Assembly: GCA_049800135.1 (NCBI GenBank)
Contig: JBARJF010000103.1
Span: 5,975 to 69,974 of the forward strand
DNA: 64,000 nt
Source of the DNA: Candidatus Sulfotelmatobacter sp.
GTDB taxonomy: Bacteria; Acidobacteriota; Terriglobia; Terriglobales; Acidobacteriaceae
Direction of reading: 5' to 3'
Shown in pieces: positions 18,365 to 26,847 of the stretch. The notes under the pieces were generated by a model. That model was not told where the DNA came from, ran no database searches, and saw only the letters and a program-made list of their open reading frames with translations. Every line of letters starts with the position of its first letter. Within the stretch, counting starts at the first letter, position 1. The position numbers were made by a program, and so were the translations under genes.

Positions 18365-18624
18365 CTCGCGCTGGTCTTGCGATAACGTGTGGCTCGCAGA
18401 ATTTCATGGGGAATCTGGGAGAGTGGCACCACCCTGTCGAGGATCCCCATCTCGGCGCAAGCGCGAGGCATGCCGTAGACTGCGCAGCTGGATTCGTCCT
18501 GTCCAACTGTGAAGCCGCCTTCGCGATGAATGGTATTCATTCCCTGCGCACCATCGGATCCCATCCCCGTCATGATAATTCCCATTGCCAGAGAGCGGAA
18601 TGCGGAGGCAACGGATTGCATCAT
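18361..18624 (-). pseudogene. C-terminal remnant of a CheB-type protein-glutamate methylesterase
   Basis: The 87-aa ORF 'GIIMTGMGSDGAQGMNTIHREGGFTVGQDESSCAVYGMPRACAEMG' matches only the last ~85 residues of the CheB catalytic domain (the Asp-containing 'GMGxDG' part). The Ser and His parts of the triad are absent, and I saw no CheB-like coding upstream in the minus-strand frame I translated by hand (the other frames were not translated). Confidence 0.6.
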
Positions 18625-18818
18625 AAGTGGGCCTTAATCACAGCCCGATTCTAGTTAGAGAAAGCTCAGTTGAGACGGAAACTGCGCCGCACGAAAGGGA
18701 GTGTCTGCAGAAACGGAGCAGCGTTTCAAAACAGGAGAGCACCTGTTATTTTCCTCATCCCCGCTTCCAGCCAATTTATGCTTCAGCCTCTGAACCAACC
18801 CATGTATCCTTATGATTC

Positions 18819-19163
18819 ATGCCACCCATGCCGCCGTTTCAAGAGTCCAGACGAAGCAGTCGTGTCCCTTTAAAGGTGGTTATCACGGTTGAGGGCAGTG
18901 CTCCGAATCTCAAGTGTGGCGGGGAGACCATCGTCGTCAACTTACACGGAGCATTGGTCGCAACCGCAGTTGGGTTGACCTGCGGAATGAGAATTTCCAT
19001 TCACGTCTACTTGACGAACAAGCAGGCTGCCGCCCGGGTTGTCTATATCGATTCTAAGAATCCGCTGCACTGCGGCATCGCTCTTGATGAGCCGCGAAAC
19101 ATTTGGGGCGTGCCCTTGCCGCCCCAGGATTGGGAAGACACCGCATTGGGCGCCGGACATTGA
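18819..19163 (+). CDS. Stand-alone PilZ-like domain protein
   Basis: 114 aa with RxxxR 'RRSSRVPLKV'. The second motif is degenerate ('VVNLHGALV' instead of D/NxSxxG). Confidence 0.55.
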   Translation: MPPMPPFQESRRSSRVPLKVVITVEGSAPNLKCGGETIVVNLHGALVATAVGLTCGMRISIHVYLTNKQAAARVVYIDSKNPLHCGIALDEPRNIWGVPLPPQDWEDTALGAGH

Positions 19164-19254
19164 GTCCGCGACGTTCTCACAGCCAGCAAAGGGAGGCGCC
19201 CAGAACCGAGGCGAGTCACACGCACTCACGTTCCCCGTAAAACTTTAAGGTGGG

Positions 19255-21471
19255 TTACTCAGTCCCGATCTTCTCGCCACGCTTCAGCGTCCGGTCAAAG
19301 AACTCGGCCGTCGCGGTGTAGGTCCGCACCCAGCTTTTCCACATTAGGAACCCGTGGATCTCATCCGGCAAAATCAATTGTTCGAAGGGTACGCGCTGCG
19401 CCCGCAGGCGTTGCACCAGATCGATGGTCTGGGTGAATGGCACGTTGCGGTCGTCATCGCCTTGGATCAGCAGCACCGGCGACTTCCACGTGCTCACGTA
19501 GGCATCGGGTGAGGAAGCCCACGCCAGCTTGATCGCCGCGTCCGCGTCCGGCGGTCGCAGCGCCAGATTGCCGAAGTAGGGCCGCTCCGTCAGGAACACG
19601 CTCCAGTCGTGCACGCCGTGGAAATCTACCCCCGCCTTGAACAGATCTGAATTGCGGGCCAGGCCCATGGCGGTGAGAAAACCGCCGTAGGAACCACCCC
19701 ACAACCCAATTTTTTCCGCATCCACTTCCGGCAGCGACTGCAAATACCGTCCTGCCGCCACAACGTCTTTATATTCTGCCGCTCCCCGCCAGATGGTGTT
19801 GGGCGCTTCCCGAAACGCGCGCCCGTACATGACGCCGAGCCGGTAATTCACCGACAGCACGGCGTATCCGCGGCTGGCCAGGTATTGATTCTCGGCATAG
19901 GCATTGTGGTAGTAATCCATGTAATGAAAGCCCATCAGCATCTGCCGGATCGGCCCGCCGTGCATGAAGACCAGCCCGGGAACCTTCTCTTTCACGTTGC
20001 GCGGCAGGAAAAGCTGGCCGTGCAGCGTAACTCCGTCTGCGCTCGTAAAAATCACTTGCTTCGGCCTCACCAGCGCGGCTGAGGGAAACTCACTCGGCAA
20101 AGCCCGCCGCGCGATCATCTCGCGGCCCTTCGCGATAAGTTCATAAGGCATGGCCGGCGAGGTTGCCGTGGAGCCCAGGCAAAGAATACTTTTCCCGTCG
20201 CCGGTCTGCACTGGAGACCACTCGATCGTCTCGCCCCCGGTCAGCCCCTGCTGCGGTGCACCGCCCGCCACCGCTACCCGCCACAAGTGCCGTCGATCCA
20301 CGTCGTCTTGGTTCGACGAGTAGATTACCCAATTCCCGTCCGCGCTGAGCGTGACATCTTCCACGTCAAAGTCGCCGGGCGTGAGCAGTGTGGCCGCGCC
20401 TCCGCTTGCGGCGATCGAATACAGGTGATTGCGCCCATCTTGCTCGGAGGCGAAGACTATTCGCCCATTGCCGGCCACGTTGAGCGAGCCATCTTCGCTG
20501 ATCCCGGGCAGTGAATCATCGGGCTTCTCGCCGCTGCGCCATAACAGGTGACCGGTGCCCGTGGTGGCATCGGCGATCCACAGCGACCAGGGCTCCGGGC
20601 GCACTGGAATCAGCGGTAGCTTCTGCTCATCGCCCGCGGTCCGAACAAAGACAATCCACTTGCCATCCCGCGACCAGCGCGGCATGGAATCCTTGTCCAC
20701 GCTGGGCGCCAGGTAGCGGATGGAGTCGCCCCCGAAATCGTAGATGCAAACCAGACTGTGACCCTCACGCTCGCTGACGAACGCGATGTGTTTTCCATCC
20801 GGCGACCATTTCGGCTGAACCGCCGCTCCCCGCACCGAAGCGAGCTCCTTGGCCGGTTGTTTGCCATCAACGCTGGCCAGCCACAATTTCTTTTTCGCCG
20901 ACCACACCGCCCACTTTCCGTCCGCTGAAACTTCAATGTCTTCGCAGCCCTCATCGGGGCAACCCATCTCGCCCAGCAGCCGGGGCTCCACGTTTTTATC
21001 TGTGGCATCCACATCCACGGCAAAGACCTGCTGCTTGGCTCCTCTCGTCCAGCTCTCGGGGTTGGCGCTCTCCTGCTCATCGTTCAACTCGCTGCCCAGC
21101 GCATAAACCGCCGTATTGCCGTCGGGCGTGAGCCGCAGGCTGGCGATAGGCTGGCCGTCGTCTTCGCTGTAATGCGTAAGTTGGCGGGCACTGCGGGAAA
21201 AATCCGGCCCCTCCGCCACCCACACATTGCGGACTCCTTCCGCATCGAACACCCACGCCACCCGGCTGCCGTGCGCGGCGGCCACCAGTTCGCTGGGAAA
21301 AGGCGAACTCAGCACCTGCTCCACAGTAAACGAAGATTGCCCCCAGGCCACCGTTGTGCAGCTCCAGATCAAAGTGAAAAAAATCAAAGGGAAGAAGACT
21401 AAATTGAAGATCAAGCTTAGAAAGGTCGCACCGGGAGCAGTGACATCGCGGCGAAGTTTGGGAAATGGCAT
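19255..21471 (-). CDS. S9-family serine peptidase (beta-propeller + alpha/beta-hydrolase; prolyl oligopeptidase/DPP-like)
   Basis: 738 aa. TolB/WD40-like propeller repeats ('WSPDGKHIAFVS', 'WSRDGKWIVF'). Nucleophile 'GLWGGSYGGF', 'IQGDDDRNV', 'LPDEIHGF'. Confidence 0.9.
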   Translation of the reverse strand: MPFPKLRRDVTAPGATFLSLIFNLVFFPLIFFTLIWSCTTVAWGQSSFTVEQVLSSPFPSELVAAAHGSRVAWVFDAEGVRNVWVAEGPDFSRSARQLTHYSEDDGQPIASLRLTPDGNTAVYALGSELNDEQESANPESWTRGAKQQVFAVDVDATDKNVEPRLLGEMGCPDEGCEDIEVSADGKWAVWSAKKKLWLASVDGKQPAKELASVRGAAVQPKWSPDGKHIAFVSEREGHSLVCIYDFGGDSIRYLAPSVDKDSMPRWSRDGKWIVFVRTAGDEQKLPLIPVRPEPWSLWIADATTGTGHLLWRSGEKPDDSLPGISEDGSLNVAGNGRIVFASEQDGRNHLYSIAASGGAATLLTPGDFDVEDVTLSADGNWVIYSSNQDDVDRRHLWRVAVAGGAPQQGLTGGETIEWSPVQTGDGKSILCLGSTATSPAMPYELIAKGREMIARRALPSEFPSAALVRPKQVIFTSADGVTLHGQLFLPRNVKEKVPGLVFMHGGPIRQMLMGFHYMDYYHNAYAENQYLASRGYAVLSVNYRLGVMYGRAFREAPNTIWRGAAEYKDVVAAGRYLQSLPEVDAEKIGLWGGSYGGFLTAMGLARNSDLFKAGVDFHGVHDWSVFLTERPYFGNLALRPPDADAAIKLAWASSPDAYVSTWKSPVLLIQGDDDRNVPFTQTIDLVQRLRAQRVPFEQLILPDEIHGFLMWKSWVRTYTATAEFFDRTLKRGEKIGTE

Positions 21472-21615
21472 AGGCCGCTAGGGTAAGCGAACCGCGGCCC
21501 GCCTGCCAATAGCATTTCCTTTCGGACGCACCGGCGCGCACATTTCGGCCCATATCCGTGCCGCGAGAAGGCCGGTCGATCGATTTTTCTGATCGCGAAA
21601 CAACCCAGATTGCGC

Positions 21616-21645
21616 TTGACAACCGGCGCTTACTGTAAGTATAAG
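21616..21645 (+). promoter_or_regulatory. Candidate sigma70-type promoter for the downstream TonB-dependent receptor
   Basis: TTGACA (21616-21621), an 18-nt spacer, then TATAAG (21640-21645). It is followed by the tandem heptamer ATCGAAATCGAAAT in the leader. Confidence 0.35.
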
Positions 21646-21714
21646 ATCGAAATCGAAATAGATCGTAACCTCGGCCGTAAACAAAAGATGCACACGAAGA
21701 GTGCGGAGGGCCCC

Positions 21715-24700
21715 ATGCGACTGGCCACGCCAGTTCTTCCTTGGCTTTTGGTAGCGTTTTTCTTTGCCTGTTCGCCTTCCTTCGTGGCTGCTCAGGGCAG
21801 CTATCGGGCCCAACTTCGGGGTGTTGTCTCCGATCCCTCGGGCGCCGTCGTTGCCAATGCCGCCGTGACCATCACGAACACGGGAACCAACATTGCCAGC
21901 GTCGCTCGCACCAACGACAAGGGCGAGTACTACTTCACCGGCTTGCGGCCATCCACGTATTCGGTAAAAGTTCAGCTGTCGGGTTTTCGGACCGAGGAGA
22001 AGACCGGCGTGGTGCTGGCCGTCGATCAGGAAGCCACGCTTAACTTCAGTCTTACTCCGGCCAGCGTGAGCGAGAAGATTGAAGTCACTACTGCCGCTCC
22101 CCTGTTAGACACGGAGAATGCGACGCTGGGCACCGACATCACCAATCAGTACATACAAGAGATCCCTTTGCTTGGCCGCGACTTCTTCGGCCTGACGTTC
22201 CTGGCGGCGGGCGTCACCGAGGTGGCCGGGTCGGGTACGGGGGATAACTATCCCGAGGGAACAAATTTCACTTCCAATGGGCAGCGCAACGCGACCGCCG
22301 AGGTACGGTTGGACGGCGCCTTGATCAGCGCGCCCGAACAGGGCGAGGGCGGAAACTCCAACGTCTACTACGAGCCCTTGCTTGATGGCGTGCAGGAATT
22401 CAAAGTCGAGAACAACAGCTTCTCGGCCGAGTTCGGCAACAACGGCGGCACCGTCGTAAATATGGTGCTCAAGAGCGGCACCAACGCCTTCCATGGCACG
22501 GGCTGGTACTTTTTGCAGCGTCCCCAGATGGACGCTCGCGATTTCTTTAATCCCAAGTATCTATTAGGTGATCCCGTACCCAACCCTAAGCCAGACAGCA
22601 AGCGCGACCAGGCTGGCTTTTCTCTCGGCGGGCCGATCAGGAAGGACAAGACGTTCTTTTTTGTTGACTTCGAGAAGGTGAGAAGCTCCAGCGCGTCCAG
22701 CGGGATCGTGACCGTACCCACCATGGCGGAACGGCAAGGCAACTTCTCAGGACTTGAGAATAACATCTACGACCCGAATGTGAATTGCACGGGGGATCCA
22801 ACCAACATCGTCCGGCCGCAGGTTGGCTTTAACTGTAGCGGCCAGGCCATAGGCCCTGCCAATGTAATCCCAGCAGGCGAAATTAACCCCATCGGGTTGG
22901 CTGTGCTCAATCTCTACCCGCAGCCCAGCAACTCGAACGAATTCTATAACTATAACTACACCGCGGTAGCGAACGCGCCGGATTACCAGTTCGATATCAA
23001 ACTGGACCACCAGATCAACGACCGGAACCACATCAGCGGCCGTTACAGCCGGGGCTGGAGCAACTACACTACTCCGCTCACCTTAGGCGACGGCTTCGAT
23101 AATGACGGAATCGCGAGCGGTGTCACCGTGGCCCAAAACGGCTCGTTCGAATACAGCTGGACCGTGAACCCCCGGATCGTCTGGACCAGCCACGCGGCGA
23201 TCGACCGGGTGCATGAACTGTCGCTACCCGGTATCCCCTCAATCTCCAGTTTCAACTCCTCGTTGCCGGCGGGCACTCAACCATTGGCGCAGGTGTTCCA
23301 GCAGGCCAACGGGATCGACGAGATGCCGACGTTTATGATGCAGGGGAATCTGCCGTGGAATGACCTGTACGATCAGTGCTGCATCTACACTAAGTTTGGC
23401 CACACGCTGGTGAGCTATTCGTCGCAATTGGTAATTTCCAAGGGATCGCACCTGATCAAGGTGGGCGGAGAGCAGAGAATTTTCTACAACAATTTCTGGC
23501 AGCCGAACAACCCGGCCGGACTCTTGACTTTTACGGATGAAGTCACGTCTCCGACTCCCTTCAACGACTATGATCCAAACAACTCGAATGTCACCACGGG
23601 CAACCCACTGGCCAGCCTGGCTTTTGGTTACGGCGACAACCTCAACGCTTCGAGTCAACTGATCGTGACTCCCTCGGTGGCCGACCGGTCGCTCGAGACG
23701 GGGCTTTATGTGCAGGATGACTGGAAGGTAAATTCGAAACTCACGGTGAATCTCGGCCTGCGCTACGAGTGGAGTTCGCCCTACACCTCGCGCAACAACC
23801 AGATCGAATTCAGCAATTTCACAGCCGACAGCGGGGTGAATATTAACCTTACCAGCCTTCCGCCCGGCGCCGCGAAGCAGGGGGCGATGAGCGCGCAGGC
23901 GACCATGCAGAGTATCCCCGGCCTGACTCTTCCGGCGACGCAGGAGCTGTACGGCACGACCCAGTTCGCCACTCCCAGCATGAGGACGATTCCGACCTAC
24001 CGCAAGGACGTTGGGCCGAGGCTGGGCTTTGCCTATGCCTTCGACTCGAAGACGGTGGTGCGCGGCGGAGCCGGCATTTATTTTGGCATGAGCCCGGCCA
24101 CAAACTTCCAGTATCCCGGCTCCGCATTCCGCAAGACCGCCAACGTGTTTTTTACCAACAACGATTTTGACACTCAATCGGCGACTCTGGAAAACCCGTT
24201 TCCCAGCGGCTTTACCGGTCCGCAGGGTACCCAGTACGGCCAGCTTGCCAACTGGGGCTATCAAAACCCGAACGATCTGGGCACCACTGCGGCGCGGGAC
24301 GCCGACATTTACCAGTGGAATCTTGGCATGGAGCGAGAGTTGCCCAGCCAGATCATGGTTGGCGCCGACTACGTTGCCAACCGCAGCACTCATCTGCCCT
24401 GGTCGGGCACCAACAACCGGGCATTCATCCCATCGTCTTTGCTGGCGCAGATTTCACAGGCTGTGCGCGCCAACTACGAGAGTATGCCGGGGAACGGCCC
24501 TGGATCCTGCGATGCCAGCAATTGCGTCACCAACTTTCTTAACACCCTGGTTGGCAACCCGTTTTACAAGATGTTCAATACCCCTTGCACATCAACCCCT
24601 TCCAATCCTTGTTTCAATGAGGTTAATTCCAACTACGGCCAATCCACTCTGCCCTTGTCAACTCTGTTAACCACCTACCCCCAGTTCGCCGGGGACTTCG

Positions 24701-25533
24701 AGGGGCTGATGCTGGAGAGCGCGAATTCCTGGTACAACGCGCTGCAGATTCGCTTCCAGAAGCGCACCACCCACCACGTTAGCTTCGAGGGTAGCTACAC
24801 CATATCGAAGGAAACCGACTATTCTTCGGCAGGCCGGAACAACTGGGTGGGCGCGCTCGGTCTCGGCCTTCCCCAACAACTGGACCGGTTGTCTGCCGAG
24901 CATAGCATCGGCGCCAGCGACACGCCCCAACGCCTCGCGGCCGCCGTGGTTGTAGACCTGCCCATCGGCCGCAAACAATGGATTGGCGGAGATATGAACC
25001 GAGCGCTCGATGCGGTCATCGGAGGCTGGTCGGTCGCAACCCTGATCACCCAACAATCGGGGCAACCCATGGCCATCGGCCTGGACAACCCGCTTCTGGC
25101 TAACGGCAGCCAGCGTCCCAGCACTGTCTGTTCCCAGCTCAAGAGCGGGACCAGCATGCACGACGTGGCCTTGAATTGGCAAACGAACCCGGGAGTGAAT
25201 ACCTTCTTCAATGCCAATTGTTTTGCCGATCCAGGAGACAATATTCCGGGCAACGCGCCCCGCTATTTTTCCGGCTTGCGCGTTGACGACATCCACAACG
25301 CGGATCTGAACGTTTACAAGTCGTTCGTGCCCAAAGAAGGCATGCGGCTGGAAGTGCGGGCGGAGATTTTCAACTTCACCAATCACCCGCGCTTTGGGCA
25401 GCCGAATTCGGCTGTAGGAAGCGGGCCGGCGGGAAGTTCGACTCAGACAAATCCGTTTTTCGGGACGATCTCCGGCGACGCTCCGGGGGAATTACCCCGC
25501 TACTTCCAGTTCGGAGTGCGGTTCGAGTTCTGA
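21715..25533 (+). CDS. TonB-dependent receptor with an N-terminal carboxypeptidase-regulatory-like domain
   Basis: Signal peptide 'MRLATPVLPWLLVAFFFACSPSFVAAQG' preceded by GGAGGG (21705-21710). CarboxypepD_reg-like 'GVVSDPSGAVVANAAVTITNTGTN...YYFTGLRPSTYSV'. Plug and barrel region. OMP C-terminal signature 'FGVRFEF'. Confidence 0.85.
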   Translation: MRLATPVLPWLLVAFFFACSPSFVAAQGSYRAQLRGVVSDPSGAVVANAAVTITNTGTNIASVARTNDKGEYYFTGLRPSTYSVKVQLSGFRTEEKTGVVLAVDQEATLNFSLTPASVSEKIEVTTAAPLLDTENATLGTDITNQYIQEIPLLGRDFFGLTFLAAGVTEVAGSGTGDNYPEGTNFTSNGQRNATAEVRLDGALISAPEQGEGGNSNVYYEPLLDGVQEFKVENNSFSAEFGNNGGTVVNMVLKSGTNAFHGTGWYFLQRPQMDARDFFNPKYLLGDPVPNPKPDSKRDQAGFSLGGPIRKDKTFFFVDFEKVRSSSASSGIVTVPTMAERQGNFSGLENNIYDPNVNCTGDPTNIVRPQVGFNCSGQAIGPANVIPAGEINPIGLAVLNLYPQPSNSNEFYNYNYTAVANAPDYQFDIKLDHQINDRNHISGRYSRGWSNYTTPLTLGDGFDNDGIASGVTVAQNGSFEYSWTVNPRIVWTSHAAIDRVHELSLPGIPSISSFNSSLPAGTQPLAQVFQQANGIDEMPTFMMQGNLPWNDLYDQCCIYTKFGHTLVSYSSQLVISKGSHLIKVGGEQRIFYNNFWQPNNPAGLLTFTDEVTSPTPFNDYDPNNSNVTTGNPLASLAFGYGDNLNASSQLIVTPSVADRSLETGLYVQDDWKVNSKLTVNLGLRYEWSSPYTSRNNQIEFSNFTADSGVNINLTSLPPGAAKQGAMSAQATMQSIPGLTLPATQELYGTTQFATPSMRTIPTYRKDVGPRLGFAYAFDSKTVVRGGAGIYFGMSPATNFQYPGSAFRKTANVFFTNNDFDTQSATLENPFPSGFTGPQGTQYGQLANWGYQNPNDLGTTAARDADIYQWNLGMERELPSQIMVGADYVANRSTHLPWSGTNNRAFIPSSLLAQISQAVRANYESMPGNGPGSCDASNCVTNFLNTLVGNPFYKMFNTPCTSTPSNPCFNEVNSNYGQSTLPLSTLLTTYPQFAGDFEGLMLESANSWYNALQIRFQKRTTHHVSFEGSYTISKETDYSSAGRNNWVGALGLGLPQQLDRLSAEHSIGASDTPQRLAAAVVVDLPIGRKQWIGGDMNRALDAVIGGWSVATLITQQSGQPMAIGLDNPLLANGSQRPSTVCSQLKSGTSMHDVALNWQTNPGVNTFFNANCFADPGDNIPGNAPRYFSGLRVDDIHNADLNVYKSFVPKEGMRLEVRAEIFNFTNHPRFGQPNSAVGSGPAGSSTQTNPFFGTISGDAPGELPRYFQFGVRFEF

Positions 25534-25598
25534 CGCGGGATCCGGTTCAAGTTCTCACCGCTCGTTTTCCGTTCGAACTGTACCCGGCCGCGCTGGCC

Positions 25599-26810
25599 TC
25601 AGGAATGAATGCTCACGTTCTGTACCACTCGGCTGATCGCGCCATTGGGACTCGGGTGATCGGGCCGCAGGTTCCACCGCAGCGAAAAAAACAAACCCAG
25701 CAATTGTCCGAAAATCACGTCCACCGCCGGAAGGTAGTCATCGCCGATCGCGCTGCGCGCATTCAGCGTCAGGTAGTGCTCGGCGAAAGAGTCTCGGGCT
25801 GGGATTTCGCCCCCGGCCACGACAATCCTCGACCGCACCAGTTGTTTTTTTCCGACCTCCTCCAGCAAATCCCGCTCATACTGCTGGATTCGCCGGTCGC
25901 TCGATAGAAAACAAACGAATAGCGTGCTTTGATCCAGCGCCGCCATGGGACCGTGGCGCAGCCCCAGCACCGATTCCGACATCGTCAGGGTTTTCCCCGC
26001 GGTCATTTCCAGCAGCTTGAGCGCGCATTCCTTGCTCACCGCCCGCAGCGGTCCCGAACCCACAAAGCATGCCTTGGTGTAGTCTTCCTTCGCCAACCCC
26101 GCCGCGCAATCCGAGGCGCGTGGCAGAAAATCTCTCCCCGCCTCCACCATCCGCAACAACACTTCCTCATATCGGGCGGGATCGTTGGTGTGCGCCAGAC
26201 ACTGGCCGAAGATCACCATATTCGAAAACGAACTGGTCATCGCCAATCCGCGATCGTTCACCGCGTCATCCAGGCAAATCCCTAACACCCGCGGGTCGCC
26301 AGCGCTCTCGCGGATCATTCTTCCGTTCACGTTGCACGAGACAATAATATGATGAATGTCCGCGTGATTCCTGCGGGCACTTTCGAGCACCGCAACTCCC
26401 TCCGGGCTGTCTCCCGACCGCGAAAACGAAATCCACAGGTATTTCATCCCCGGAATCATCATGTCGTCCATGTGCGTCAGGAGGTCCGTGCTTGGAACCG
26501 CGACCGCTTCGCACTGCCAGCACTTGCGAAACAGATAGGTAAGGGATTGCCCAATATAGTCGGACGTTCCGGCGCCCACTAGGAACACCGTGAGCCCGCC
26601 CGCGGAACCTGCGCCCAGTCCCGCGCCTGCCAGGAATTCTGCAATCTCTCCCCGTTTTCTCCGGAACAGTTCAAATGTCGACAGCCATGCCTCCGGCTGC
26701 TGTGCGATTTCAGCAGGCGTGTACGCCAGGCCGCGAGCCCTTTTCTCGCTCTCCGGCACACTCAACAATTCAGATAGCGCATTCACTCGCGAGTCCCTCG
26801 TCGCTGCCAT
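25599..26810 (-). CDS. AgaS-like double-SIS-domain sugar-phosphate isomerase/deaminase
   Basis: 403 aa with two SIS-type blocks ('VFLVGAGTSDYIG', 'ISFSRSGDSPE', 'CFVGSGPLRAVSKECALKLLEMT'). Confidence 0.75.
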   Translation of the reverse strand: MAATRDSRVNALSELLSVPESEKRARGLAYTPAEIAQQPEAWLSTFELFRRKRGEIAEFLAGAGLGAGSAGGLTVFLVGAGTSDYIGQSLTYLFRKCWQCEAVAVPSTDLLTHMDDMMIPGMKYLWISFSRSGDSPEGVAVLESARRNHADIHHIIVSCNVNGRMIRESAGDPRVLGICLDDAVNDRGLAMTSSFSNMVIFGQCLAHTNDPARYEEVLLRMVEAGRDFLPRASDCAAGLAKEDYTKACFVGSGPLRAVSKECALKLLEMTAGKTLTMSESVLGLRHGPMAALDQSTLFVCFLSSDRRIQQYERDLLEEVGKKQLVRSRIVVAGGEIPARDSFAEHYLTLNARSAIGDDYLPAVDVIFGQLLGLFFSLRWNLRPDHPSPNGAISRVVQNVSIHS

Positions 26811-26847
26811 CCCGCCGCCGCCCCGCTTCCACCCGGGCCTTCAGCGG

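Noticed and set aside
21610-21714. N-terminal extensions given by the ORF track for these genes:
- 21610 (receptor)
- 12794 (PPIase)
- 7543 (def)
- 6851 (fmt)
- 15072 and 14982 (apparent 91-nt overlap of divergent genes)
- 48825 (cytochrome c)
- 49525 (serS)
- 31283 (DUF4440-like)
- 42081 (RAYT)
   Set aside because: The extensions run through promoters, neighbouring genes or repeats. Internal starts give family-typical N-termini or signal peptides, often with a Shine-Dalgarno sequence.
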